DNA of 64,000 nucleotides from Lama glama (lineage: Eukaryota), in contig CM052816.1 of assembly GCA_028534125.1 (NCBI GenBank), positions 40,922,001 through 40,986,000 of the forward strand. Direction: 5' to 3'. Each line of letters begins with the position of its first letter. The stretch's first letter is position 1. The translations under genes and the position numbers were made by a program. The notes beneath the pieces were generated by a model. That model made no database searches and was not told the origin of the DNA. It saw only the letters and a program-made list of their open reading frames with translations. This document shows positions 28,636 to 41,776 of this stretch, piece after piece.

Positions 28636-28684
28636 TTTAACTTTTTTTTTATTGAGTTATAGTCATTTTACAATGTTGTGTCAA
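28636..28684 (-). mobile_element. ~50-bp L1 3' tail insertion
   Basis: Reverse complement resembles the L1 end at ~32720-32765. TSD gataacgtatttt/gataatgtatttt. Confidence 0.75.
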
Positions 28685-28879
28685 GATAATGTATTTTCTA
28701 TTGGCTAACTACCAGCTATTAAAAATTAAAATACAAAGGGAAAAACTATCTAAAATCACCACCAGCTAAGTAGAATTCACTCCCATCACGTCCTGCCTGC
28801 TTTTTGTTCAGGTAGAGTAACTCAACTAGCAAATGAGTCACTGACTCCTGAGTATTTCCTTGGCACTTACTAGCAAGGT

Positions 28880-29700
28880 AAACAAACAAGTCCCAGGAGT
28901 GGCGGGGAAGCAGGGAGCCGGCTGTATCACAGCGTCTCTCAGGGTCTGTGTCTACGACACTGATTTACACGTGCCTCCCTACCATCATACACCAATGTTG
29001 GGTCGACAGCATCTGTGGTACTTCCACTTCTTCATAAAATGGGTTCTACTTGATAGAGACAGAGCAGGGCAGTTTCTCCTCTGAGGGTAAGTGTGGGAAA
29101 CTCCTTTATCTTGACCCACTGAGACAGATTAGTTTTCAGACTACCCACAGTGGTCTGTTCGCAGAAACTCTTGAGATTAGGTGACAAGCCAAATAACCCC
29201 TTTAAATCAGCATTATCTAGTAGCAGTGATGTGACCCCCCCATCCCACTGTTTATTCTTCTGGCAAAAAACTAGTTTCCACTGTGATTGCTTTACAAAAT
29301 GGTCTTTAACAGAACACCCTCTGGATTCCATGCTCCGCAGGAAATCAATAGCTATCAGTGGTTTACTTCTCCAGGAAATACGGAGGCTATAGGACCACTG
29401 AAGCATGGGAAGCCTTTCAGCAACTGGAACATCTAAGTTTAACTCATTCTCGACCAATATTCTCATTTTCTCCTTTAAAGGTCTTGTTTTCAGAAGAGCT
29501 AATATTAACAGTCAGGGAACAGTATTTTTGGTTAATTATTCCTCTGCTTCACTTTCTTTCTCAATCCACTTAGCTAACTTCTTCCGATCTAAATCTATTT
29601 TCATTAAATTGCATTGGTAAGATTCATACCCTTTTATTCTGCAAGGCTTTTGCCAATTAATACCAAGGATATGGAGAAAACCATTCCTATATTAAATAAT
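28880..29700 (-). mobile_element. Decayed class III ERV gag
   Basis: Minus-strand translation YQCNLMKIDLDRKKLAKWIEKE..TVP*LLI..MESRGCSVKDHFV..GVTSLLLDNADLKGLFGL..TQTLRDAVIQPAP resembles ERVL-group Gag. It lies upstream of the pol relic on the same strand. Confidence 0.6.
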
Positions 29701-30347
29701 CCTGGTGCTTTTCCTCCCCCTTCATTCTTAAAAAATATACCATAGCCTTAAAGATTTATGAGTGTGAAAGGCAAGATAGAGAATGAAAGGCAAATTTTCT
29801 TTTTATCTTTAACACTTCCTTCATTTTTTCTTTGGATCTGATTTGTGCTCTTTTACTGAATTTATGAGAAGTAAGTGTAAAACATTGGTCTTCAGTTTGT
29901 ACTCTTCCCTAGTGCATGCATTTCAATTTGTAAATTATTCTAGATACATAATTTCAGCTGTATCCCTTCGTTCTAATGTATAATATTTTTCTCGTAGTCA
30001 GCTTAATTTATATATTTGAAGGTACAGTGATATTCTTTAATGTATGCTTTTATTTTTTTAAAAGTATATTCCTTAAGTTCTGAACACTTGGTGATTTTGT
30101 AGTTATGTTTTATTGAATATTAGTTTCATTGCTGTGCAGGGAGAGAAAGGCTTTAAATAATTTCAAGCCTCTGAATTTTATTGAAACTTCCTTTATGCCA
30201 TAGTGCACGGTCAATTCTGTGAAGTGATCACTGAAAATGGATGTGTATTATGCAATTACAAGAGGCTATGTTCTACATATATCAGTCAGGTTTAGTGCAT
30301 TCATAGGTTGTATTCATAACTTTTTTCTCTATTTTAAAAGTTGAAGT

Positions 30348-32769
30348 CAATTTTATTTACTTTTTCAAAAAACCAGCTTTTGGTTTGGTTGAAAAAGTAA
30401 ATAAAATCGACAAACCTCTGGCAAAACTCACAAAGAAGAAAAAAGAGACAGCACAAATTAGCAAAAAAGAAAGGAAAATGGAGAAATTACAACAAATAAC
30501 ATAGAAATACAGAATATCATACGAGAATGTTATGAAAAACTATATGGAACCAAACTGGATAACCTAGAGGAGATGGACAAGTTTCTGGAAACATACTGTC
30601 CACCGAGACTGAATTAAGAAGAAACTGAACACTTGAAAAATCCGATCACTAGAAAGGAAATAGAAATAGCAATTAAAAACCTCCCTACAAATAAAAGTCC
30701 AGGACCGGACGGCTTCACCCAGGAATTCTACCAAACATACAAAGAAGAACTCATACCAGTCCTTCTCAAACTCTTCCAGACAATTGAAAAGGAGGGAATA
30801 CTCCCAAACTCATTCTATGAAGCCACCATCACCCTGATACCAAAACCAGGCAAAGACACTACAAAAAAAGAGAATTATAGGCCAATATCACTGATGAACA
30901 TAGACGCCAAAATCCTCCCCAAAATATTAGCAAANNNNNNNNNNNNNNNNNNNNNNNNNNNNNNNNNNNNNNNNNNNNNNNNNNNNNNNNNNNNNNNNNN
31001 NNNNNNNNNNNNNNNNNNNNNNNNNNNNNNNNNNNNNNNNNNNNNNNNNNNNNNNNNNNNNNNNNNNNNNNNNNNNNNNNNNNNNNNNNNNNNNNNNNNN
31101 NNNNNNNNNNNNNNNNNNNNNNNNNNNNNNNNNNNNNNNNNNNNNNNNNNNNNNNNNNNNNNNNNNNNNNNNNNNNNNNNNNNNNNNNNNNNNNNNNNNN
31201 NNNNNNNNNNNNNNNNNNNNNNNNNNNNNNNNNNNNNNNNNNNNNNNNNNNNNNNNNNNNNNNNNNNNNNNNNNNNNNNNNNNNNNNNNNNNNNNNNNNN
31301 NNNNNNNNNNNNNNNNNNNNNNNNNNNNNNNNNNNNNNNNNNNNNNNNNNNNNNNNNNNNNNNNNNNNNNNNNNNNNNNNNNNNNNNNNNNNNNNNNNNN
31401 NNNNNNNNNNNNNNNNNNNNNNNNNNNNNNNNNNTGTTGGGAAAACTGGACAGCAGCATGTAAAACAATGAAGCTAGAACACTCCCTTACACCATATACA
31501 AAAATCAACTCAAAATGGATCAAAGACTTAAACATAAGACAAGATACAATAAACCTCCTAGAGGAAAACATAGGCAAAACATTATCTGACATACATTTCA
31601 AAAATTTTCTCCTAGAAGAAATAAAAGCAAGAAAACAAATGGGACCTAATGAAACTTACAAGCTTCTGCACAGCAAAGGAAACCAGAAGTAAAACAAGAA
31701 GGCAACCTACGGAATGGGAGAAAATTTTTCAAATGAAACTGACAAAGGCTTGATCTCCAGAATATATAAGCAGCTCAATAAGAAAAAATAAGACTCAATA
31801 AGAAAAAAATAAACAACCCAATCCAAAAATGGGCAGAAGACCTAAACAAGCAATTCTCCAAGGAAGACATACAAATGATCAAAAAGCACATGAAAAAATG
31901 CTCAGTATCACTAATTATCAGAGAAATGCAAATCAAAACTACAATGAGGTGTCACCTCACACCAGTCAGAAAGGCCGTCATTCAAAAATTCAAAAATGAC
32001 AAATGCTGGAGAGGCTGTGGAGAAAAGGGAACCCTCCTACACTGCTGGTGGGAACGCAGTTTGGTACAGCCACTATGGAAAACAGTGTGGAGATTCCTCA
32101 AAAGACTAGGAATAGACTTACTGTAAGACCCAGGAATCCCACTCCTGGGCTTGCATCCAGAAGGAACCCTACTTCAGGATGACACTTGCACCCCAATGTT
32201 CATAGCAGCACTATTTACAATAGCCAAAACATGGAAACAGCCTAAATGTCCATCAACAGGTGACTGGATAAAGAAGAAGTGGTATATTTATACAATGGAA
32301 TACTACTCAGCCATAAAAATCGACAACATAATGCCATTTGCAGCAACATGGATGCTCCTGGAGAATGTCATTCTAAGTGAAGTAAGCCAGAAAGAGAAAG
32401 AAAAACACCATATGAAATCGCTCATATGTCGAATCTAAAAAACAAAAATAAAAACAAACAAACAAACAAAAACAAAGTGCAAATACAGGACAGAAATAAG
32501 ACTCATAGACAGAGAATACAGACTTGTGGTTGCCGGGGGGCGGAGGGTAGGAAGGGATAGACTGGGATTTCAAAACTGTAGAATAGATAAACAAGATTAT
32601 ACTGTATAGCACAGGGAAATATACACAAAATGTTATGGTAGCTCACAGAGAAAAAAATGTGACAATGAGTGTGTATATGTCCATGAGTGACTGAAAAATT
32701 GTGCTGAACACTGGAATTTGATACAACATTGTAAAATGATTATAAATTAATAAAAAATGTTAAATAAAC
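30348..32769 (+). mobile_element. Young 5'-truncated L1 (camelid-type) with short 5' inversion
   Basis: ORF2 peptide [24 protein letters not shown]-terminal region and 3' UTR. Perfect 12-bp TSD aaaagttgaagt at 30336-30347 and 32770-32781, preceded by a tttt/aaaa endonuclease site. Confidence 0.95.
30935..31434. other. Assembly gap (500 N)
   Basis: Run of exactly 500 N inside L1 ORF2. Confidence 1.
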
Positions 32770-33449
32770 AAAAGTTGAAGTGAGAGGTATAATAAATGTT
32801 TAACAATGATTGCTATTTTGTTTATATCTATTTGTGGTTATGTCAGTATTTACTTTATGTATTTTGAAACTATAGTAAATGCATACAAATTTAGACTCGG
32901 AACTAAAGATATAATATTCCTCATATATTGAATCTTGAAGTACCCTTATCAGATGCTGCAGGTTGATTAATTTTATTGATACTCTCTAAGAGTCAGCTTT
33001 TGGATTAATTTGAGTATATCAGTTTTTCATTTTTTTGTTTTACTGATTTCCTCCATTAATTTTTTTATTATTTTCTTTAATTTAATTTCTTTTTCTAGTT
33101 TTTTAATTTGGAAGTTTACATAATTGATTTTAGACCTTTCTTCTTTTCTAATATAGACATTTTAGTGCTATAAATTTTCTAAGTATTGCCTTAGTTGTGT
33201 TTCATAATTTGAGATATATTGTATCTGCATTGTCATTTAGTTAACATTTTCATTTACTTTGGATCATACCCTCATAATTCTTCACTGATTTCTTAGCTTT
33301 CCCTGATTTCAAGAAGATTTTTACAAATATTCTGTCCATCTCTTAAAATTGATCTCAACAGGAGGTCTGGTTCAAATCACTTAGTCCAGTATTGTTAGAA
33401 GTGAGCCTCTTTACTTCTCTTGTCTCTTCTCTTTTGTAGATGATCTTTT

Positions 33450-33742
33450 CCAGAAACAGATATAGAAAACAAACTTATGGTTACCGGGGGGAAGGGGCTG
33501 GAAAGGGATAAATTGGGAGTTAGAGATTTGCAGATACTAACTAATATATATAAAATATATAAACAATAAGGTTATATTGTATAGCACAGGGAATGATATT
33601 CAATATCTTGTAGTAACTTATGGTTAAAAATATGAAAACGAATATATGTATGGTCCTATATGACTGAAGTATTGTGCTGTACACCAGGAATTGATACCAC
33701 ACTGTAAACTGAATATACTTCAATAAAAATACATATAAAAAA
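33450..33742 (+). mobile_element. L1 3' UTR fragment (artiodactyl/camelid type)
   Basis: aacaaacttatggttacc...tgtatagcacagggaa...tgtgctgtacaccagga...tatacttcaataaaaa. Confidence 0.85.
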
Positions 33743-35530
33743 ATCAGTTGTGTTTTTACCTAACTTCTGAAAAGGAAGTTATGAAGACAGTCCCATTTAC
33801 AGAGCATCAAAAAGGATATAATACTAGGAATAAATGTAACTAGGGAGACAAAAGACTTTTATACTGAAAACTACAGAACATTGATGAGAGAAATTAAACC
33901 AGACACAAACAAATAGAAAGACATCCTGTGTTTATGAATTGGAAAGGTTATTATTGTTAAAATGTCCACACAACTCAAAGCAATCACTATGAAAATCCCA
34001 ATGGCATTTTTACAAAAATAGGAAAACCACATATGGGACCACAGATGACCATGAGTGGCTAAATCAATCCTGAGACTAGAGAACAAAGTTGGAGAATCAC
34101 ATGCCCAGATTTCAGAACATACCACAAAGCTACAGTAATCAAAACAGTATGATATTCATAAAAACAGACACAGAGAGCAACAGAACAGAATGGGAAGCAT
34201 ATATGGTCAACAATTCTTATACCTGGGTACCAATAATACACAATGAAGACAGGATAGTAGTCCCTTTAACACATGGTGATGGGAAAATTGATTATGCATA
34301 GGCAGAAGAATGAAACCATACCTCTACTTCAAGCCATTCACAAAAATTGACTCAAAATAGATTAAAGATTTAAACATATAATGTGAAACTGTAAAATTTC
34401 TAAAAGAAAACATAGGGGAAAATCTTCTTGACATTGGACTTTCCTGTGATTTAATGGATATGACACCAAAAACAGAGGCAATGAAAGCAAATTTAGACAA
34501 GTGGAACTACATTAAATTTAAATGCCTCAGCACAGAATATGAAACAGTTCACAAAATTTAAAAAATGACCCATAGAGTGAGAGAAAATTTTTGCAAACCA
34601 TATATTGGATAAGAGGTAAATATCTAGAATGCATAAATAAATCATACACTCCAACAACAACAACAACAATCAAATTAGAAAATGGGCAGAGGAACTAAAT
34701 AGACTTTTTGAAAAAAGACATTCAAAGGGCCAACATATACATGAAAAGATGCTCAACATCACTAATCACCAAAGAAATACAAATCCAAATCTCATACCTG
34801 TTAGATTGGCTATCATCAAGAAAATAAGAGATAACAATTTTTGGGAGGATGTGGAGGAAAAGGAAGCCTTGTACACTGTTGGTAGGATTGAAAATTGGCT
34901 GTTACTATAAAAATGATATGGAATTTCCCTAAAAAATTAAAAGTAAAGTCTACCATATGATATAGCAATTCCACCTTTGGGAACATGCTCATAGGAAATG
35001 AAAACAGGGTATCAAAGAGAAATATTCACTTCCAAGTTTACTGAATAATTCACAAAAGCCAAGATATGAAATAAGTAACGATGTGATACACACACACACA
35101 CATATGTGTATATATATCTATCTCTAAATATATAATGGAATATTACTCAGCTATGGTAAAGAAGGACATCTTGCCATTTTTGACAACATGGATTGCACAT
35201 TATGCTAAGTGAGATAAGTCAGACAGAGGAAGGCAAAAAATATATGATATTATCTCTATGGGAATCTAAAAAAGCTAAACTCATAAAAACAGAGAGTAAA
35301 ATGGGGTTACCTGGGCAATAGTGGGTATGGCATAGTATAGTTGTTGTTTAAGGGTAAAAACTTACAACCAATAGTAAGTAAGTCCTAAGGATCTAATGTA
35401 CAGTATAGTGATTACAGGTAACAGTACTGCATTATAATCATCAGACTTGCTTAGAGACTAGAACTTAATTATTCCAACCACTAAAAAGAAATCATATAAG
35501 GTGAAAGAGGTGTTAATTATGACTACAACA
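33743..35530 (+). mobile_element. Older L1 (L1MA/MB-type) ORF2 3' half and 3' UTR
   Basis: Degenerate ORF2 (aagacatcctgtgtttatg, accacaaagctacagtaatcaaaacagtatg, agatgctcaacatcactaatc). Confidence 0.85.
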
Positions 35531-36914
35531 GTAATCCCCTTTTCTTTATCCTTCACATTTAGTAAATTATTGACTCATTCAATTCAACATCAAATTACAG
35601 CCTCAACCCATCCTCATCTGTTCATCTTCACTGATACCGCTTTTTATGACTGTATCCCTCTCCTACTTTCATTATCCAGGGATCCCCATTAGCCTTAAAA
35701 TGAAGTCCAAACTCCTTAGCAACTTATCCAAGGCCATTACATAATTCCTCTGATATACTCTTGTTATCTTCTCATTCAGCCATATTCAACTAAGTAATTT
35801 CCACAAACATGACTTTCACATGTGTAACGTTTCATATGTTATTTTGATGTGTGGAAACTTTTCTTTCCCTTCAACCCATTCTATCCCTCTAAAAAATCAT
35901 CTTGTAGGTCTTAATTTATGAATCACTTTTGCAGAATATAATCTATGATCCTTCATCTTCCCACATTCTCCAGCATGTAACTGGAATTCTTCCTCTGTAC
36001 TCCTACAGAATTATGGACATTATGAGTTTTGTTTATATTGTACTCCCATTTCCTAACCAAATTCCTTTTACATAGTAGGCCATCAATATGGGTTGTGGAA
36101 TGAATGAGTGAATGAATAAAATTGATTGCAAGAAAAAGATAATTAACAGTCCTATTGATACTACACATTCTAACATGTCAAATTGTTGTTTGGTCTTTAT
36201 AATTCTAAAGAATGTAATTCATCTGGAGTCTTATTGTTCTGCTTGGTTTGAGAAATAAATTTACTTTTTTCTTCATAATTATATTTAATATTTTACTGCT
36301 AATATATGACATCTTAGTGGTCACTGACCAAATGATCATATAGGCTTCATTATTTTTCCAGAATTTATCAATTAACTAATTTATTTTGAAAACTAATTCC
36401 CATACAATTTCAACAATTTTTATATGTTTTAAGTTAAATGGAAGGTATTTCCTATTGTAACTCTTTCTACAGTGTTTTGCTGTCTGCTTATTTTTCAATA
36501 TCAGGTATATTAGCATTATCAAAATCTTATTAGATCACTAAATTTTTAAAATTTGTATTTCAAGTAGTATAATAGTTCACACATAATTGCACATAATAAA
36601 TATTTAACAAAAATTCTGAATTAAATTTGGAGTATATCTTCCTCTTGAGTATATTAACTCCCCTGATCCACAAGAACGTATCACAATTTTTAGAATCCTC
36701 TTTCAGTTTGACATTAGAATTTTATATTATTTTCATTTATGTTTTCTATTTCTCTTGTTAGTAGGTGACACAATTAAACTTTAAATCACATTTCAAGTAA
36801 ATGTTCTTTTTACATGCTCATGTTTGTATGAAATCCTATGCTATTTACATTTAGTTTTTCACTATACAGAACATGCTCACCAAATTTGTCTTTAATGATC
36901 ATCATCTGCAACTT

Positions 36915-37400
36915 TCTAAAATACATAACTTGATTAGAAAATGGGCAGAGGACCTGAATAGACATTTTTCCAAAGAAGAAATACAGGTGGCCAACAGGCA
37001 CATGAAAAGATGCTCAACACCACTAGTAATCAGAAAAATGCAAATCAAAACCATAATTAAATACCACCTCTCCCCACCAGTCAGAAAGGCTATCATCAAA
37101 AAGATAAGAAATGACAAGTGTTGGTAAGGATGTGAAGAAAAGGGAACACTTGTGCTCTGCTGGTGGGAATGTAAATTGGTACAGTCACTATGAAAAACAG
37201 TATGGAGCTTCCTCAAAAAATTAAAAACAGATATACCACATGATCCAGCAATTCAACTCCAGAATATTTATCTGAGGAAAACAAAAACACTAATTCAAAT
37301 ATCTGAGGAAAAGAAAAACACTAAAAAAAAAAAAAAGGTATATGGACCCCAATCAATGTTCACAGTAGCATTATTTACAATAGCCAAGATATGGAAGCAA
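36915..37400 (+). mobile_element. L1 ORF2 3' fragment
   Basis: [29 protein letters not shown]. Confidence 0.85.
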
Positions 37401-38931
37401 CAGACTAGTATTTCTAAAACTGGTCTTACTTTACTCTAATCTTTATGGATTTGGTGCTGTTTACCGTTACTCTTTCTTAAAAGCACCATCTTCCTTTGCT
37501 TTTTTGATGGCCATCTTCTCCTCCTTTGGATTTTTTCTTTTCAGCTTTTTGGTATACATTTATTCCTACCTCTCTATTCTTAGTGTTCTTGTTCATGTCT
37601 CATAACACTTCACATAAGCTAACTGGTAGATTGTTGCTTTAAATATTTATCTTTCTAGATTATGATCTCCAAGACATTTTTGGTTAAAGAACCTTTCCTA
37701 TTCCCTAGACATTATTCTTATTGTCTGTATAACTGTATCTAAATTGCCCATTAGTACTCTAATGACAGTATGTTTAAAACTTAATCATATTCTTCACTCC
37801 CAACTCCCAAACTATAAACAAAATAAATAAAATCTTTTTGTCATTTTTCGTGTCATATTTTTATGAATGCCAAATAATAAACCTTGTCATCTGCCACCCG
37901 TCTCTATAGCACCATTTTGAATACAGCAAATTATTACCAAACCCTGTTTTTCTGCCTCTAAAAGATTTTTCATTTTTCTTAACTTTGTCTTTATCCAAGT
38001 TCAGCTGTTCAGCATCTTTTGCTAATTATTGTTATGAGTTCTTCACTTATTTCTTATGCCAATCTTTCTATTGCTTCTGATTTATTTCCATAGTACCACA
38101 AGACCAATCTAATAAAATAAAACATTTTACTGGACCCAGTAATTCCTCCTACTCTCTAATGCAGTGTCTTTCTATTTTCCAAATATTCAAAGACAAAGGG
38201 AAAATTTAATCAGTACCATCTAACTTATGTTTTCAGCAAATAAACCTTGACTGCTTTCTGTAGTATCAATGTGACTTACGTGATCATTCTTTCAGTACAT
38301 TTGATGAATGCATGTTACAAGATAGGAATTATGCCAGACACAGATGATATAAGATGAATAGGATGTTATCTGTACCACAGTCTGTACGAGAGAGACCCCA
38401 AAATGTAAACAGAAAAATTACAGCACAGAATAATTGCAATTGCTGTATATGAATATATTTCACAACAAAAGATATTAAAAACAAAAACCTTGGCATTTGT
38501 AGGTAGGATAAGGTTCCCAAAGGCCTGAACTGATTCTGGAAGAATGATTATGAGTATGATATATGAAGAAATGGAAGACAGGCTTTTGGGAGCAGAGAAA
38601 ACCAGTATTTATCAAAGTATAAGTCAAAAAATTCAATGTAGCAGAGAAGTAATGAAATTTCAATATCCTAGGCATGTGAGGCATATAATAGAGTACGGTG
38701 AGGCAGAATTTCAGAGAAAAGCAAAAGGGTCTGGAAAGTCATCTCCGTTTCACTAATATTTTCCTGCATGTATTTCACAAATAGATAATACAATTTTGAT
38801 TACAAATAATAGATATAGAAAATCATATTGTTTGTCTTTATTATGAAAATACTCCAATTTTTTGTGAACCTGAATATATTATTTTCCTAGAAAGTTTAAA
38901 CATGCCTGGTCAGTAAAATTATAGGAGTTTT

Positions 38932-41270
38932 AAAATCAATAAGGTAACACTAGTCTTAAAGGACACAATAGATCAGCTGGACTTAACAATTATCTACAGA
39001 GCACTACAGCCAAAACAGCAGAACACACGTTCTTTTCAAGTGCAACGTTCTCCAGGTTAGATCACATGGTAGGCCACAAAACACGTCTCAGCACATTTAA
39101 GAGAATAAAAATTATATCAAGCATTTTTTTTTTCTGACCACGGCGGTGTGAAATTAGAAATCAATTATATGGGAAAAAATGGGAAAAAAACAAACATGTG
39201 GAGACTAAACAACAAGCTATTGAGAAACCAATGGATCAATAAAGAAGTCAAAGAGGAAATCAAAAGTAAAACTGTCACTATTTGCAGATGACATGATAGT
39301 ACATATAGAAAATCCCACAAGTCTCCAATCTGAAACTACTACAACTAATACATGAATTTAGCACAGTTGTACGATATAAGATTAATATGTAGAAATAATT
39401 GCTTTCTATATACTAATAATAAAATATCAGAAAGAGAAAGTAAAAAAAAAAAAACTCTTTTAAAATTACATCAAAAAGAATAAAGGAGATAACCAAGGAG
39501 GTGAAAGACATAAACTCCGAAAACTGTAAAACATTGATAAAGGAAATTGAAGATGATACCAAAAAATGGAAAGATATCCCATGCTCTTAGATTAGAAGAA
39601 TTAATATTGTCAAAATGGCCATACTATCCAAAGCAATCTATGGATTTAATGTAATCCCTATCAAAATACCCATTACATTTTTCACAGAACTAGAAAAAAT
39701 AACCCTAAAATTCATGTGAAACCACAAAAGACCCTAAAGTGCCAAACCTGTCTTGATGAAAAAGAACAAAGCTGGAGGTATCAACCTCCCAGACTTCAAA
39801 CTACACAAAACAACAGTAATTTCTAAAAAGCATAGTACTAGCACAAAAACAGGTACATAGACCAATGGGACAGAATAGAGAGTCTAGAAATAAACCCACA
39901 CACTTATGGTCAATTAATCGATAACGAAAGAGGCCAGAATATACAATAGAGAAAAGATAGTCTCTTTAGTAAGCAGTGCTGGGAAAAAAGGACAGCTTCA
40001 TGTAAAAGAATGAAATTTGAACATTCTCTAACACCATATACAAAAATAAGCTCCAAGTGGATTAAATGACAATATCTGGTCTAAGTATATGACTATATAA
40101 TCTGAAACTCCTAGAGGAAAACATAGGGAGAACACTCTGACATAAACCATAGCAGTATTTTTTGGATCTGTCTCCTAAGGCAAATAAACTAAAAGCAAAA
40201 ATAAACAAATGGGACCTAATTAAACTTAAAAGCTTTTGCACAGCAAACGATTTCATCAACAAAACAAAAACCAACCAACTGAATGAGAAAATATTTGCAA
40301 ATTATATGACCAATAACGAGTTAATATCCAAAATATATAAACAGCTCATGAAACTCAATATCAAAAAAACAAACAACCCAATTAAAAATTGTGCAGAAGG
40401 CCTGAATAGACATTTTTCCACAAAAGATACACAGATGGCTAACAGACACATGAAAACACATTTATCATTGCTAAGCAGAGAGATGCAAGTCAAGACAAAA
40501 ATGAGGTATCTCACATCTGTCAGAATGGCTATTACCAAAAAGTTTATAAAAACAAATGTTGGTGAAATGTGGAGATATAGGTCCACTGTTGGTGGTAAAT
40601 TGGTGTGGCCACTATGGAAAACAGAATGCAGGGTCCTCAGAAATCTAAAAGTAGTACCACCGTATAATCCAGCAAATTCCACTCCTGGGTATATATCCAT
40701 AGAAAATGAAAACAATTATAATAGAAAATAGAAATTCTCTGCAATGTTCATAGCAGCATTGTTTGTAATAGCCAAGATATGGAAGCAACTGAGTGTCTAT
40801 CAACAGATGAATGGATAAAGATGTGAGATGTTTATAGATATATGTGTGTGTGTATTACCTAGCCATAAGAAAGAATGAAATTCTGCCTGGATGGACCTAA
40901 ACAATATTATCATCAGTAAAATATGTCAGAGAAAGACAAATACTGTATGATTTCACTTATATGTGGAATCTAAAAGATAATTCAAATGAATATATGTAGC
41001 AAAACAGAAACAGACTCTCAGACATAGAAGACAAACTAGTGGATACCAGAGGGTAGAGGGGCACGTTAGGGGTATGGCATTAAGAGATACATAACTACTA
41101 TGTATAAGATAGGTAAGTAGCAGGGATATATTGTATAGCATGAGAATTATAGCCATTATCTTGTAAGAACTTTTAATGGAGTATGATCTGTAAAAATACT
41201 GAATCACTATGCTGTACAACTGCAACTAATATAATATTGTAAATCAACTATACTTGAATAAAAATAAAGT
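38932..41270 (+). mobile_element. L1 with internal deletion (endonuclease fused to FADD region, then 3' UTR)
   Basis: Endonuclease motifs (FSRLDHMVGHK) are directly followed by VKLSLFADDMIV, then the rest of ORF2, the 3' UTR and an A-rich end. Confidence 0.9.
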
Positions 41271-41476
41271 AAGATTTCAATGAGGACTTATTATACTGTT
41301 TCAATTGTTACAAACATCTAAATAAAAATCACTGCTTCTAGAATTAGAAATTCAATACAAATCTCAAATATCAGAATGAAAATCTAGATATTCAAAGATG
41401 CTGCTTTGAAGTGAAAGCTGTATTACTGAACGCTAAATTAAAAAAATACAAAATGCAGTATAAAAGAATTATTAGC

Positions 41477-41776
41477 CTATCTCAAGAAACTTTTCTTTGG
41501 TGTTGGTTGTATTTGCTTTTTCACTGTATTATATAAGTCAGTCTCTTCCTTGGGAAGTATCCTTTCTGCTGCAAAAGAGTTTAGGTTTTTCTGGATGCAC
41601 TCTCTTTGCGCATAAAATACTTCTTGTTCTCTGTGTAGCTCTTTGGTATGCTCCAGTTGCGGTAACTGAAATTTTTTTTCATTTCCTTGAAAGGATACTT
41701 ATTTCATCTTTTTTATTCACTTCAATTGAAACATTTCAGTACTTAATATTTTCTGTCACATCTTTTTCACATATGT
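41477..41776 (-). pseudogene. Candidate terminal coding exon o
   Basis: Strong acceptor ttttttttcctattttag. Early stops are followed by ~70 open, charged, helical-looking codons: VSFQGNEKKFQLPQLEHTKELHREQEVFYAQRECIQKNLNSFAAERILPKEETDLYNTVKKQIQPTPKKSFLR*. Confidence 0.45.

Noticed and set aside
30633..31601. Long ORFs of 197-276 aa
   Set aside because: Artefacts of the N gap within L1 ORF2.
37264..37336. Short tandem duplication plus A-run
   Set aside because: Local slippage within an L1 fragment. Not an array and not CRISPR-like.
40162..40731. 189-aa ORF
   Set aside because: Degenerate L1 ORF2 C-terminus.
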